DNA of 52,993 nt from a virus. The position numbers and the translations under genes were made by a program. Below are positions 19,524 through 28,367 of the stretch, one piece after another; the first letter of the stretch is position 1, and every line of letters begins with the position of its first letter. The notes beneath the pieces are model-generated. The model was not told where the DNA came from, searched no databases, and worked only from the letters and a program-made list of their open reading frames with translations. The DNA lies in UHGV virus genome UHGV-1368966; one strand, written 5' to 3'.

Positions 19524-19865
19524 ATGATTGAACTATTTGGTTTTGTTTTTTATATCATTCTTGTGATCGCTTGCGGAACCCTTGCGAATAGGTATCGCCG
19601 TAGCGTTCTGGGCTGGTCTATGCTTTCTTTGCTCCTCACCCCGCTCGTAATTATCATTCTTCTGTGCCTTGGAGAGATAAAAGACGACACGGGGAGAAGC
19701 TCCTTACGCGAGACTCCTACTGTAAAAGATAATCATCCCACTAAAGAAGATATAAAAGATCAAGAGTTGGGCTTGAGAGTTATTGGTTTTGGACTATTAT
19801 CTATAGTTGTCTTGTATTTGTTGTATCATGGCATTGCGTATTTATATGATATAATTAAAATATAA
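19524..19865 (+). CDS. Small 3-TM membrane protein (AT-rich cargo).
   Basis: GGAGGG lies 5 nt before ATG 19524; an alternative in-frame ATG is at 19482. Three hydrophobic helices. Strongly AT-rich. Followed by the bidirectional terminator. Confidence 0.5.
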   Translation: MIELFGFVFYIILVIACGTLANRYRRSVLGWSMLSLLLTPLVIIILLCLGEIKDDTGRSSLRETPTVKDNHPTKEDIKDQELGLRVIGFGLLSIVVLYLLYHGIAYLYDIIKI

Positions 19866-19870
19866 AAACA

Positions 19871-19900
19871 AAAAGGCGTCCCATGAGACGCCTTTTCTTT
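19871..19900. terminator. Bidirectional intrinsic terminator.
   Basis: aaaaaggcgtc-ccatga-gacgcctttt, a perfect stem with an A-run before it and a T-run after it. Confidence 0.65.
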
Positions 19901-20670
19901 TATGATAAAAACAACCTAGACAATTCATCATCACTTCTCAATTTCCATGTTTTTGGATCTATTAAGTCTATTGCCTTTATCTGTTCGTTGACCCACAGCG
20001 AGTACGCTAATTCTGTTTTGAAAAATCCTCTAATATATTTTGAGGGCAATGTTTTTATCCATTCTTCTGCTGTACCTTTAAATTGTATACTGCTATGAAT
20101 AATTCTTCGCCTATTTTTAAGCAACTTATTTGGATCACGTTTCTGATAATATTCATAATCACAAATTATTGCGCTTCTTGTATATGGGTAACATTTTTGT
20201 GCATCTATTATGCTATTTTTTGTCAAAATATTATACAAGCAACGACAAGAATCATGTCTTGGAACTGGTGGTCTAAAATTTATATCTTTTGTGAAAATCT
20301 GACCATCTAAAGGCCAACATTCACAGCACATATGATTATCAAGTACACAACTGTATAAAACTGCCTCAGTAAAACTATCAAAATTAATAATCATCATCTC
20401 ACTGTTTGCTTGTCCTGTAGAACAAACACCACCATCATGATCTAAAGCTTCTTTGTGTAAATATTTTTCTCTATGTTTCCGCTTTTCTTCATCTGTTCTG
20501 TTGTCTGGACGGTAAAAAGGACTCTCTTCTAACATTTGTTTATAAGATATACATTCTCCTCTATATAACTTTATTAGATCAATTTCATCAGATGTTTTAT
20601 CATGTTCTACAGAGATATCCCTATTGACATTACCCTTAGAAAACAATTTAAAAATATCGAATAGAGCCAT
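19900..20670 (-). CDS. Mu-F-like domain protein, Cys-rich, AT-rich cargo. A second Mu-F-like gene in addition to the head-module gene.
   Basis: GGGAGGAG lies 5 nt before ATG 20670. CCECWPLDGQIFTKDINFRPPVPRHDSCRC matches the HxxLDG...P..H.nCRC pattern of Phage_Mu_F / SPP1 gp7. Confidence 0.5.
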   Translation of the reverse strand: MALFDIFKLFSKGNVNRDISVEHDKTSDEIDLIKLYRGECISYKQMLEESPFYRPDNRTDEEKRKHREKYLHKEALDHDGGVCSTGQANSEMMIINFDSFTEAVLYSCVLDNHMCCECWPLDGQIFTKDINFRPPVPRHDSCRCLYNILTKNSIIDAQKCYPYTRSAIICDYEYYQKRDPNKLLKNRRRIIHSSIQFKGTAEEWIKTLPSKYIRGFFKTELAYSLWVNEQIKAIDLIDPKTWKLRSDDELSRLFLS

Positions 20671-21010
20671 TTGTACTCCTCCCTTCCGGTACCGTACCAG
20701 CACTTCACCCCATCCCGCAACGTGAATCTTGACAACAAACGCATTTCGTGCTCTTGTTTTTTCACGGCCTTCAACAGCCGACAACAAGCGGATACCGCGC
20801 CCGCAGATGCGGATTTTTTATGCCCTGTCAAGAATGTTTTTCGTCTTGGAAGTGGTGTATCATCCAGCCTGTATTTGGGCCGGGAGTCCATCCATTATAC
20901 AATACCCGCAAGGGAAAGGTGTATGGGCCGTTCTTGTTGACGGTGTTGAAGCTCCCGGCCCTTTTTCTATTCTGAAAGGGGGAATTCAACAACACAACAA
21001 GGGGTTTACC

Positions 21011-21982
21011 ATGTCTCAATCTCTCTGCTTCAACGATTTTACCTTCTCCCCCGTCACCCGAGACAACGAGCCTTGGTTCAAGTCTTCCGAAATTGCTTCT
21101 GCTCTTGGGTATAAGCGAGAGGACACTTTGAGCAGGTTGTTTGATCGTAACGCTGACGAGTTTACCGAAAACATGACGCAAGTTGTTGAAATCTCCACAG
21201 ACCGTCAGTATGGCGTAATGGGGAATTTCGGTACTGGTCGCGCCCGCATCTTCTCCCTTCGCGGCTGCCACCTTCTCGCCATGTTCGCCCGGACTCCGGT
21301 AGCTAAGGCATTCCGCCGTTGGGTACTGGACGTCATAGAGCAGTACGGCGATAGGGTACCCGTTGCCCACCCCGTGACGCTCAATGACGCCCCGATCTCA
21401 CCAGAACAACGCGCCGAACTCAAGCTCATTGTGGACTCCAAGGCCGGGATGGTGCCCAAGGCCGTACAGCGTCGGGCGTACAAAGAAATCTGGACGCGAT
21501 TCAACCGCCACTTCCATATAGCCGAATACAAACAACTCCCCTGCTCTCGCATGGATGAGGCCCGGGATTTCCTGCTCTCCATGCAGGTCAATGCGGGGAA
21601 GATAGAGACGTTGCCTCAAGCTTCTCTAGTTATGCCTAGGCAGGGATACGCTACAATTGACGAACGCCCCTATCTCGAACTCATAGACGCCATACAAGCC
21701 GCGCATGAGGAGGTAGAACGCGCTTTGTCGCCTATCAGGAATCGAATCTATGACCTTTGCGACAACTTAGCATGGATCATCAATGAACGGTCTGGCATCA
21801 GCGTTTATGGCGTAAATGGCATGGACTCAATGAACAGCCTTAGAGGATATCTCTGCCATGCGGTAAATATGGAAACCCGAAAGGCTATGATCTCTCCAGA
21901 CATCCAACTCAACCAGTACACGAATCCGGCCTACTCGCTTCTCGGGATCGTCAGGCAGTTGAACGGGAATGGGAGGGCTTAG
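21011..21982 (+). CDS. Bro-N domain antirepressor-like protein.
   Basis: N-terminal FNDFTFSPVTRDNEPWFKSSEIASALGY is Bro-N-like. The C-terminal roughly 110 aa are paralogous to the 34185..34913 product (...YSNPGYSLLGIVRQLN). Confidence 0.6.
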   Translation: MSQSLCFNDFTFSPVTRDNEPWFKSSEIASALGYKREDTLSRLFDRNADEFTENMTQVVEISTDRQYGVMGNFGTGRARIFSLRGCHLLAMFARTPVAKAFRRWVLDVIEQYGDRVPVAHPVTLNDAPISPEQRAELKLIVDSKAGMVPKAVQRRAYKEIWTRFNRHFHIAEYKQLPCSRMDEARDFLLSMQVNAGKIETLPQASLVMPRQGYATIDERPYLELIDAIQAAHEEVERALSPIRNRIYDLCDNLAWIINERSGISVYGVNGMDSMNSLRGYLCHAVNMETRKAMISPDIQLNQYTNPAYSLLGIVRQLNGNGRA

Positions 21983-21984
21983 GC

Positions 21985-22242
21985 ATGGAACGCACCTACG
22001 TCACAACCTCTCTCGAAGTAGCCCGAGTCGCAAACCGCAAGCATGGGCAGGTGCTCAGGGACATCGACCGTCTTCGCGTGATTCTTCCCGACACGAAAGC
22101 CCCGGAATTTGAAGCCGCCCGGCGTACCGATGCCAAGGGAAACTCCCTGCGCTACTACCTCCTCACGTCCTACGCGCTGGCCTTGCTCGACGTGGGACAG
22201 GGAAAGTCCGCACTCCGGTGGAAGGGGGAAAAGCTCCTGTAA
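21985..22242 (+). CDS. Rha-family phage regulatory protein.
   Basis: TTSLEVARVANRKHGQVLRDIDRL matches the Rha N-terminal motif. Confidence 0.5.
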   Translation: MERTYVTTSLEVARVANRKHGQVLRDIDRLRVILPDTKAPEFEAARRTDAKGNSLRYYLLTSYALALLDVGQGKSALRWKGEKLL

Positions 22243-22363
22243 ATTCTGACGGGAAATGATTGACAAAAAAGGCGGCTCTTCGGGGCCGCCTTTTCATACA
22301 AGTAAGCCCCAACCGTGGGAGGACAAGACGGTTGGGGCTTTCGCATGGGGGGGAGGGGGAAAT

Positions 22364-23152
22364 TTAGGCGGCTACGGGCGTATTGGCAGAGAGAAATTTT
22401 TTGACGAAGTAGAGTTGCCCCTTGCCCGTGACCTTGGTAGTAAATCGCGTTCTGGTGGATCCGTCAGGATTATGAACGAGGTATTCCTTGACCTCAAACA
22501 GTCCCATCTCCATACTTCTCTGCGTTGGCGTATTCTTCCGGCTTCCGGACTGAATGAGGAAGCCTTTCTCGCGGAGATAGACAAAAAGGCGGTTCTGTCC
22601 GATCTTCACGCCATTTTGTACCAGAAGCTTTGCCAAGTCTCCAATCAGGATGGACGAACGGGAAGCCGCAACGGAATCGGCAAAAAGGACTTTCGGCGCG
22701 TCCTGTTCGACCTTGGCGGCGAGGGCGGCACTTTTGGCACGCTCCTCTTTCAGTGAGGTAAGCAGCTTGATAGCCGTATCGGGGTCAGCAAGCATAGCTT
22801 CGACAGTTTGAGGAGTGGCGTACAGGCCGCGCTTACGGATGGAGGGGATGACATCATGCGTCACCCACCGTTTGAACGCCTTGGCTTCCGGCTTGCGGGA
22901 ACGGAGGATGAGGGAATACAGGCCGGGTTCGGATACCGCATTCATTTGATGGGGAATTCCGGCCCTTGGATTACCATCAGGATTGCTGAGGGTAATCTTT
23001 TCGTCTTCATCCAGCCCCCGCAGGGCCTCAGAAACATTTTCCAGTTCCAAACACTCGCACACATCCCGAGCCACAAACCACGGCTGGCCCTCGCGCTCGA
23101 CAACCCGAACCTTCCCAAACGTCGCATTCTCGAAAACAGTCAATTCGTGCAT
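22364..23152 (-). CDS. Antirepressor (Bro-N plus KilA-C / Ant-like).
   Basis: GGGAGGG lies 5 nt before ATG 23152. N-terminal FENATFGKVRVVEREGQPWFVARDVCE is Bro-N-like, with a long C-terminal Ant-like domain. It has its own upstream terminator and an inverted repeat in the leader. Confidence 0.6.
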   Translation of the reverse strand: MHELTVFENATFGKVRVVEREGQPWFVARDVCECLELENVSEALRGLDEDEKITLSNPDGNPRAGIPHQMNAVSEPGLYSLILRSRKPEAKAFKRWVTHDVIPSIRKRGLYATPQTVEAMLADPDTAIKLLTSLKEERAKSAALAAKVEQDAPKVLFADSVAASRSSILIGDLAKLLVQNGVKIGQNRLFVYLREKGFLIQSGSRKNTPTQRSMEMGLFEVKEYLVHNPDGSTRTRFTTKVTGKGQLYFVKKFLSANTPVAA

Positions 23153-23229
23153 TGAACCCTCCCGTGCCATTTGTGGACAGTATATCCGCTGTTCAGGAGA
23201 GGAGAAAGGCCGTGTGCGGAGTTTCTGGA

Positions 23230-23262
23230 ATGAAAAAGGCCGGGATTCGAAAATTCCCGGCC
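23230..23262 (-). terminator. Minus-strand intrinsic terminator ahead of the Ant gene.
   Basis: Stem aggccggga / tcccggcct with the T-run on the minus strand. Confidence 0.5.
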
Positions 23263-23284
23263 TCATCATTTATTGTAACACGCT

Positions 23285-23773
23285 CTACGCGCCCATCATA
23301 GCCTTTTTCTTGGCGAGGAACTCCATCACCACGGCTTTTTCTTCGGCACACTCGCCGCAATGGGTCTTCACATAAGCTGCAAGCTTGTCGTGGCAGTCCA
23401 TCTCGTCAGAGAGAGACTTGAGCATCTTATGCTTGCTCTCGGCATCTCCGTGCATCTTGTAGTGCGCCTTGTGCTTCTGGTAGTGCATAAAGTGGCGTTC
23501 AAGGTCTTCAAAAAGCCTACGCGCTTCGTGGTCGGCATCACCCCACTCTTCATGGTCACCACCCATCTTGTGGCGCTCGCCTACGGCATCCTCATCATCA
23601 AGAATATCTTCGGCCTCTACAAGCTCTTTATAAGCTTTGGAAAGATGATAGATGTCCTCAGGGTCGGACGGCTTGTCTGTAAGCTCATTGAGCCCGCGCA
23701 AGATATCCATCTTGGCGTCATCGATCAACTCTTCCTCGCCCATGAAAGAAAACTTCCCGTGTTTACACATCAT
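23285..23773 (-). CDS. His-rich acidic hypothetical protein.
   Basis: AGGAG lies 7 nt before ATG 23773. Contains HFMHYQKHKAHYKMHGDAESKHKM. Confidence 0.4.
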   Translation of the reverse strand: MMCKHGKFSFMGEEELIDDAKMDILRGLNELTDKPSDPEDIYHLSKAYKELVEAEDILDDEDAVGERHKMGGDHEEWGDADHEARRLFEDLERHFMHYQKHKAHYKMHGDAESKHKMLKSLSDEMDCHDKLAAYVKTHCGECAEEKAVVMEFLAKKKAMMGA

Positions 23774-23963
23774 CGCCATGCTCCTTATCCCCAGCGTCCT
23801 TTTCGTCGTCTTCTGCGGGGAATTGTTTTTCGAGTTCTTGCGCGGCTTTTTTCGCCGCCTTAGCTGCCAACTCACGAACCTCGGGGCTAACGATAGAGGC
23901 CACGGTAGCACCGCCGACAATAATCCCGAACAGAAAAGTTACCGGGTTCATGGAATACCTCAT
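23763..23963 (-). CDS. Small single-TM protein.
   Basis: Hydrophobic N-terminal helix plus a charged tail. Tiles with its neighbours. Confidence 0.3.
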   Translation of the reverse strand: MRYSMNPVTFLFGIIVGGATVASIVSPEVRELAAKAAKKAAQELEKQFPAEDDEKDAGDKEHGDDV

Positions 23964-24427
23964 TTTGTCGTCAGCTTCATGGAGAAGGGATCAGATGCAG
24001 AAGACTCGGCGGGCGGTGTGACAGGCGCGGGAGCCGCGTCAATGGTCACTGACGTTGATGCGCAGCAAATATCCGCAGCAGGAGCGGGACAAGGCAGCTT
24101 ATCTGTGCTGATGAAGTTTCCCGCCGGGGAAGTGGTGGCGTTGAAGTGCAGGACGCCGCACTTGGCAAGTTGGCAAGAGGTCTGCCCAAGCTGCAAGAAA
24201 TTACCGTTGCGGGCAAGGACGTTTGCATAAGTTGTCGAACCATAGAGGAATTCAACACGGGCCTTGGAGCACCTACTGATTCGGGTGCAACACAGATTGA
24301 AGCAAAGGGTGAAGCACCCAGACGTGGGCGGCGCGGATGCGAGGGTCAGGGTGGCGATATCGGTCGTGGTATCAATCGCGATATTGGTCACGCGGATGAC
24401 CGGGAAAGCGGCACAACGGCAAGACAT
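23960..24427 (-). CDS. Hypothetical Cys-rich protein. Coding status uncertain.
   Basis: Fills the gap in the minus-strand tiling, with a 4-nt overlap on the next gene. Confidence 0.2.
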   Translation of the reverse strand: MSCRCAAFPVIRVTNIAIDTTTDIATLTLASAPPTSGCFTLCFNLCCTRISRCSKARVEFLYGSTTYANVLARNGNFLQLGQTSCQLAKCGVLHFNATTSPAGNFISTDKLPCPAPAADICCASTSVTIDAAPAPVTPPAESSASDPFSMKLTTK

Positions 24428-24506
24428 GGAACACCTCCGGCATAGCCGAGTTTAAGATGAACGGCGGCCCGCCGTGCAAAGCAACGGGCCACCAGTCAGG
24501 GGGGGG

Positions 24507-25055
24507 TTAGGCCGTGAAGCCGCCAGAGCAGCAACCGGAAGTGGGCATATTGGAACATCCGGAGACGGGAAGAGCTCCGAAGGGCATGAAAGGCGGACGC
24601 TTCAGCATGTCGCACTCGATGCGGTCAAGGCGGTGGTTCAGTTCGCAGTTCTGAGCGGCGGACTTGGCCTCGGCCTGAGCAACGCCCATCGTGATGAGAT
24701 TTCTGGTCTGTTCATTCTGGCTGGTGATGAACAGCTGAGTGGCCTGCTGCTCAAGCTGCTTGATGTACAGATCCTTCTGGCCGCTCAGAATGGCTGCGGT
24801 GTTCGCGTCGCTTTGCTGAACGATGGTACGGAACGCGGTATTCAGCTGTTCCTGAAGAACGGCGTTCTGTGCGGTAACATTACACTTGAGTTCCAGAACG
24901 TCACGGTCAGTGGTGTAGTTGGAACAGCCAGATTCAGCAGCACAGGCATTACCAGCGCCGAAGCCATTTCGCCCAACCCCCCAAAACAGGATCAGAAGGA
25001 AAATGGCAAGGAAACCAATACCGCCCCAGCTGGAAGAACGAGAATCGTCGTACAT
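24507..25055 (-). CDS. Membrane-anchored coiled-coil protein.
   Basis: AAGGAG lies 6 nt before ATG 25055. N-terminal TM helix and a Cys-rich C-terminus. Confidence 0.4.
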   Translation of the reverse strand: MYDDSRSSSWGGIGFLAIFLLILFWGVGRNGFGAGNACAAESGCSNYTTDRDVLELKCNVTAQNAVLQEQLNTAFRTIVQQSDANTAAILSGQKDLYIKQLEQQATQLFITSQNEQTRNLITMGVAQAEAKSAAQNCELNHRLDRIECDMLKRPPFMPFGALPVSGCSNMPTSGCCSGGFTA

Positions 25056-25094
25056 GATGTACTCCTTGTATGGTATCGACAACGCAATATGCGT

Positions 25095-25463
25095 TTATCG
25101 GCGCGAAAGTGCCCCAAGGCGTTGCTTCAACTCCTGCACAGTATCAGTACTCTGCGGTTGGGCTGGAGAAGAAGGCGCTGGCGTGTTGACGCCGGGCGTG
25201 TTTAAGATGTCTTGTCCAGCTTGTTGAAGTTGCTGAACAAGATTGGGTGAGACGCGGTTGAGCATCCCGGAAATCATCGGATTTTGCATAGCGGCAAGGG
25301 CCTTTTTGATGTCTTCGGTTCCCTTTCCATGCTGGCGCATGAGATCAAGAACTCCCGCTTTCGTCGGCTGGAATTGCCCCGCTATCTGTTGAGCCTGATT
25401 GATTCTTTCGTGCCACGGGCTGTTTGCCGGAAGGAACGCTTTTGCCATCGCTACGATGTCCAT
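25095..25463 (-). CDS. Hypothetical protein.
   Basis: AGGGGA precedes ATG 25463. Overlaps the 3' end of the upstream ORF by about 119 nt. Confidence 0.35.
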   Translation of the reverse strand: MDIVAMAKAFLPANSPWHERINQAQQIAGQFQPTKAGVLDLMRQHGKGTEDIKKALAAMQNPMISGMLNRVSPNLVQQLQQAGQDILNTPGVNTPAPSSPAQPQSTDTVQELKQRLGALSRR

Positions 25464-25767
25464 TATCAATCCCCTGCATTTGCATTAAAACTTGGGTAAG
25501 CTGCGCTACCTTAGTAGAAAGCTCATCAATCTTTTCCGCGTCAGTTTTGGGCATAGTGATAAGGCCAGCATCGACAAGCTGTTTGTGATACTGTTCCGCC
25601 GTTGCGGTGGCCTCTGTCGCCATCTGTTCGAGTTGCTTGTATCGTTCTATGCTTACGCCGACGATGCGGTTACCCATCATGTCCGAAGCAACGATGTCCC
25701 CAGATTGAGTGATACTTGCGTAAAAAGTGTTTGAGCTAGAAAAAAAGGCCGCTGTAGATTGCTGCAT
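25345..25767 (-). CDS. Hypothetical protein, possibly a tail chaperone.
   Basis: ATG 25767 directly follows a minus-strand terminator. Low-complexity C-terminal tail. Confidence 0.35.
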   Translation of the reverse strand: MQQSTAAFFSSSNTFYASITQSGDIVASDMMGNRIVGVSIERYKQLEQMATEATATAEQYHKQLVDAGLITMPKTDAEKIDELSTKVAQLTQVLMQMQGIDNGHRSDGKSVPSGKQPVARKNQSGSTDSGAIPADESGSS

Positions 25768-25805
25768 AAAAAATCCCCCAAAAGCGTTTTGTTGCTTTCG
25801 GGGGA
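25764..25805 (-). terminator. Minus-strand intrinsic terminator.
   Basis: cccccgaaagc...gcttttggggg, then a U-run on the minus strand. The only mismatch becomes a G-U wobble on the minus strand alone. Confidence 0.5.
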
Positions 25806-25855
25806 AGTATCCTACACAATCTACAATGTTGTCAGTAAGTTAATTTTATACGTGT

Positions 25856-26086
25856 TTAATTATGGGCATATGTGTCCAGTTGCAAATTTTTGGGCACTTC
25901 CCAATCGGTCTTGCCGATGAAAACAGGAGTCCTTCCGATAGCTCCACACGAACATTTTCGGGTTTGAACGCGCATAGCTATTATCTTATAACCTTTAAAC
26001 ATAATAGGCGGAATAGAAATCGTATCGGTTTGTGTAGCTCTGACTTGACGTTCGCAACAGGGGCATTTCTCGGAAGTACGGCCCAT
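25856..26086 (-). CDS. Small zinc-ribbon protein (AT-rich moron).
   Basis: MGRTSEKCPCCERQ...CSCG. Lies in an AT-rich 0.8-kb insert and has its own terminator. Confidence 0.35.
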   Translation of the reverse strand: MGRTSEKCPCCERQVRATQTDTISIPPIMFKGYKIIAMRVQTRKCSCGAIGRTPVFIGKTDWEVPKNLQLDTYAHN

Positions 26087-26565
26087 AAAATCATTTCCTT
26101 CTAATGCCCGTATCAGCATATGGATCGTGCGGATACTCTGCAAAGGAGGGCTCAAACCTTTGCCGGGCCGTGTACCGATGCGTGTACATCGGCACGGTGG
26201 GGGAGGTGCGAACTCCCCCGCCACTTAAGGACGCTTTGTCTTTTGCCGCTCAAAATGAGCACTGAGCATCACATCATCAATCAACATAACACGCTCAACG
26301 AGCGCATCAGGATCGCTTGCCATTGTCGCTTCATCTCTGACATCACGGATATGCAACGGAAGCATGTTTCCGCCCATCGTATCCCATTTCCTCCCGTGCA
26401 TATCCAACCGCTTGTAAAGTATCCATGCTTCCCAATTCAGACTGCTTATTGTACGTGGTTTGCGGCATGTCTTGCACGGGGGGGGATCGCCGTTCGCCTC
26501 GTATATGTCCCGGCATTCTTCGCATGTGGGCCGGGTGGTGTCTGATTCCCACTCGGCCCACGTTC

Positions 26566-26928
26566 TCAGTTTTTTAGGTCTTCAATCTCCCCGAACCGGG
26601 CTACAGACATGATGCGGATGAAGATGCCCCGGAACAGTTCGGGGTCAATCTCGCAGAGTTCGGAAAGAATCTCTGTAGAAAAGGGAATTTCCGTACCCTT
26701 GGCATCCTTGAATCCCTTCCACTGGATGATGCATTCCTTAAGAACATCGCGCTGGAAAAATTCGTTGGCAATGTTCTGGTCATGCCCGGCTTCCTGAATA
26801 GAGGCATGTTCAAGCTGTTTACGCCGCGTTTTTGAGAGGGGACGCGAAAACACCCCCTCAGACTTATCCGCAGACAACGGGATGAAAAAGGTGTGATCCA
26901 TGTATTCCCTAGTCAAAACGGTAGGCAT
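26566..26928 (-). CDS. Tail assembly chaperone-like protein.
   Basis: GGAG lies 7 nt before ATG 26928. Sits downstream of the putative major tail gene. Acidic. Confidence 0.35.
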   Translation of the reverse strand: MPTVLTREYMDHTFFIPLSADKSEGVFSRPLSKTRRKQLEHASIQEAGHDQNIANEFFQRDVLKECIIQWKGFKDAKGTEIPFSTEILSELCEIDPELFRGIFIRIMSVARFGEIEDLKN

Positions 26929-26977
26929 TACTAACTCCTGATAAAGATAGACATGGAAAGATGGGAACCTGTCTATG

Positions 26978-28366
26978 CTATTCTTGGATGAGATACAGAG
27001 AACTTTCCCCCCCACGCTCTTCGGGAACGCCAAGAGCCGTCCCATCCTGAGTGAGAGTGTAGAATTCACCATCCGCTGAAATCGTGGGGGCATTGAACTT
27101 CATACGCGGGAAAAGCAAAGCAAGAGCATTTCCCGCCCTGTCACCGAAGCGCACGGTCATGGGGAGCTCATATCCGTCATACCCAAGCCCGAATTGCTTG
27201 GCATCAATGGCACGGAAATATGTTCCGCCAGAAACGGAAATCTCACGCTTGGAGTCAGCATTTTCTCCGGGGAATTCGTCTCCAATTTCCTGCGCAAAGG
27301 TCGTAGGCGTGTTGATGGTGATATCGCCTTCACGCCGAGTTCCTGCCGCCCCATTGATGAAAACACGCGCATTCCTCGATTCCACGGGTACACCGATTCC
27401 CGAAGCCTCCGGAAGCCAAGGCTTGAGCATGTCCCCTTTCATCCATCCTGACGGCTGCGGGGAAACAGTGATGGTGGAAGCGTCGACATCAACGGCAGTG
27501 ATAGTGTACCCTGAGCCGCTGTTGTCATCTTTCTTCGTAGCATTCTTGATGATGCCCCCAATGCGATAGGCGTTCGCCAAATCATCCTCAAGGGTAATGA
27601 CTGAACCGGATACGCTGGAAATCTCGCCCGTCCCACACCATCCCATTTTGCGGCCCTGAAGCGTAAATGTGCACATCTGTCCGCCTTGGTTGCTCATCGG
27701 AAGTGTGGTTGCAGTTACGGCACAACCGGACATGAATAACACGGCATGATCAAACTCAATCCATACCGACACAGTGGGACGGCAGATGGATTGCATCCAG
27801 ACCCTGCTCTTATACGTCATAGACGTAAGGGCATCATGCGCAGCCGCCGAAGTTCCGCCATATCCCCGTTGGCATCCGGTCAGTGTGGTTTCACCAAGAT
27901 TTTCTGTCTTCCCGGTATACAGGATCTTTTCTGACTCGATGAGCACAACCCCCCGTGAAGGAAGAAAACCCCCGGATACCGTATCAATCTTTATCTCCAC
28001 AGCCTTATCGGTGAGACTCTCTTTCAACGATGCCGTCACCGTATCCGGAGGCTGTAATTCTCCCATCGCCGCCGTAAACAGGGCGTCCCCTTGCGGAGCT
28101 GAGTAGTCGCTATTCAGACAAAGATACATGGGGATGGATACATCACCAGCGGCTACAGCATCCTGAAATTGTGCGGTGACGTTGAGAGATCTCCCGAGCT
28201 CTGTGGAGTTTGAGGAGGTAGGGGTTTGAGACATGCTTGACTGATCGGAAGGGACAATGAAGCCTGCCGCAGTGGGGCGTTGCAAGATGCCCGGGACATC
28301 TTCAACTTCCACATATACACTCTGTACGCTTGATCTTCCAATTGTGGGGCAATTCGTCGTTGCCAT
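26978..28366 (-). CDS. Putative major tail protein.
   Basis: AAGGAG precedes ATG 28366. 462 aa and beta-rich, positioned after the connector genes. Confidence 0.4.
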   Translation of the reverse strand: MATTNCPTIGRSSVQSVYVEVEDVPGILQRPTAAGFIVPSDQSSMSQTPTSSNSTELGRSLNVTAQFQDAVAAGDVSIPMYLCLNSDYSAPQGDALFTAAMGELQPPDTVTASLKESLTDKAVEIKIDTVSGGFLPSRGVVLIESEKILYTGKTENLGETTLTGCQRGYGGTSAAAHDALTSMTYKSRVWMQSICRPTVSVWIEFDHAVLFMSGCAVTATTLPMSNQGGQMCTFTLQGRKMGWCGTGEISSVSGSVITLEDDLANAYRIGGIIKNATKKDDNSGSGYTITAVDVDASTITVSPQPSGWMKGDMLKPWLPEASGIGVPVESRNARVFINGAAGTRREGDITINTPTTFAQEIGDEFPGENADSKREISVSGGTYFRAIDAKQFGLGYDGYELPMTVRFGDRAGNALALLFPRMKFNAPTISADGEFYTLTQDGTALGVPEERGGESSLYLIQE

Positions 28367-28367
28367 T

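Noticed and set aside
23177-23192. ACAG-N8-CTGT as a LexA/SOS box in the Ant leader.
   Set aside because: The half-sites are in the opposite order to the CTGT-N8-ACAG gamma-proteobacterial consensus, and the host is unknown. Reported only as an inverted repeat.
25095-25767. A lambda G/GT-style programmed minus-one frameshift between the two overlapping ORFs.
   Set aside because: The downstream frame is displaced +1, not minus one, relative to the upstream frame. No classic slippery heptamer was seen in the overlap.
26120-26561. Plus and minus-strand ORFs of 60 to 141 aa in the AT-rich insert upstream of the chaperone-like gene.
   Set aside because: They are mutually overlapping, have no RBS, and have poor sequence character. 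The region reads as mostly non-coding apart from the zinc-ribbon gene.
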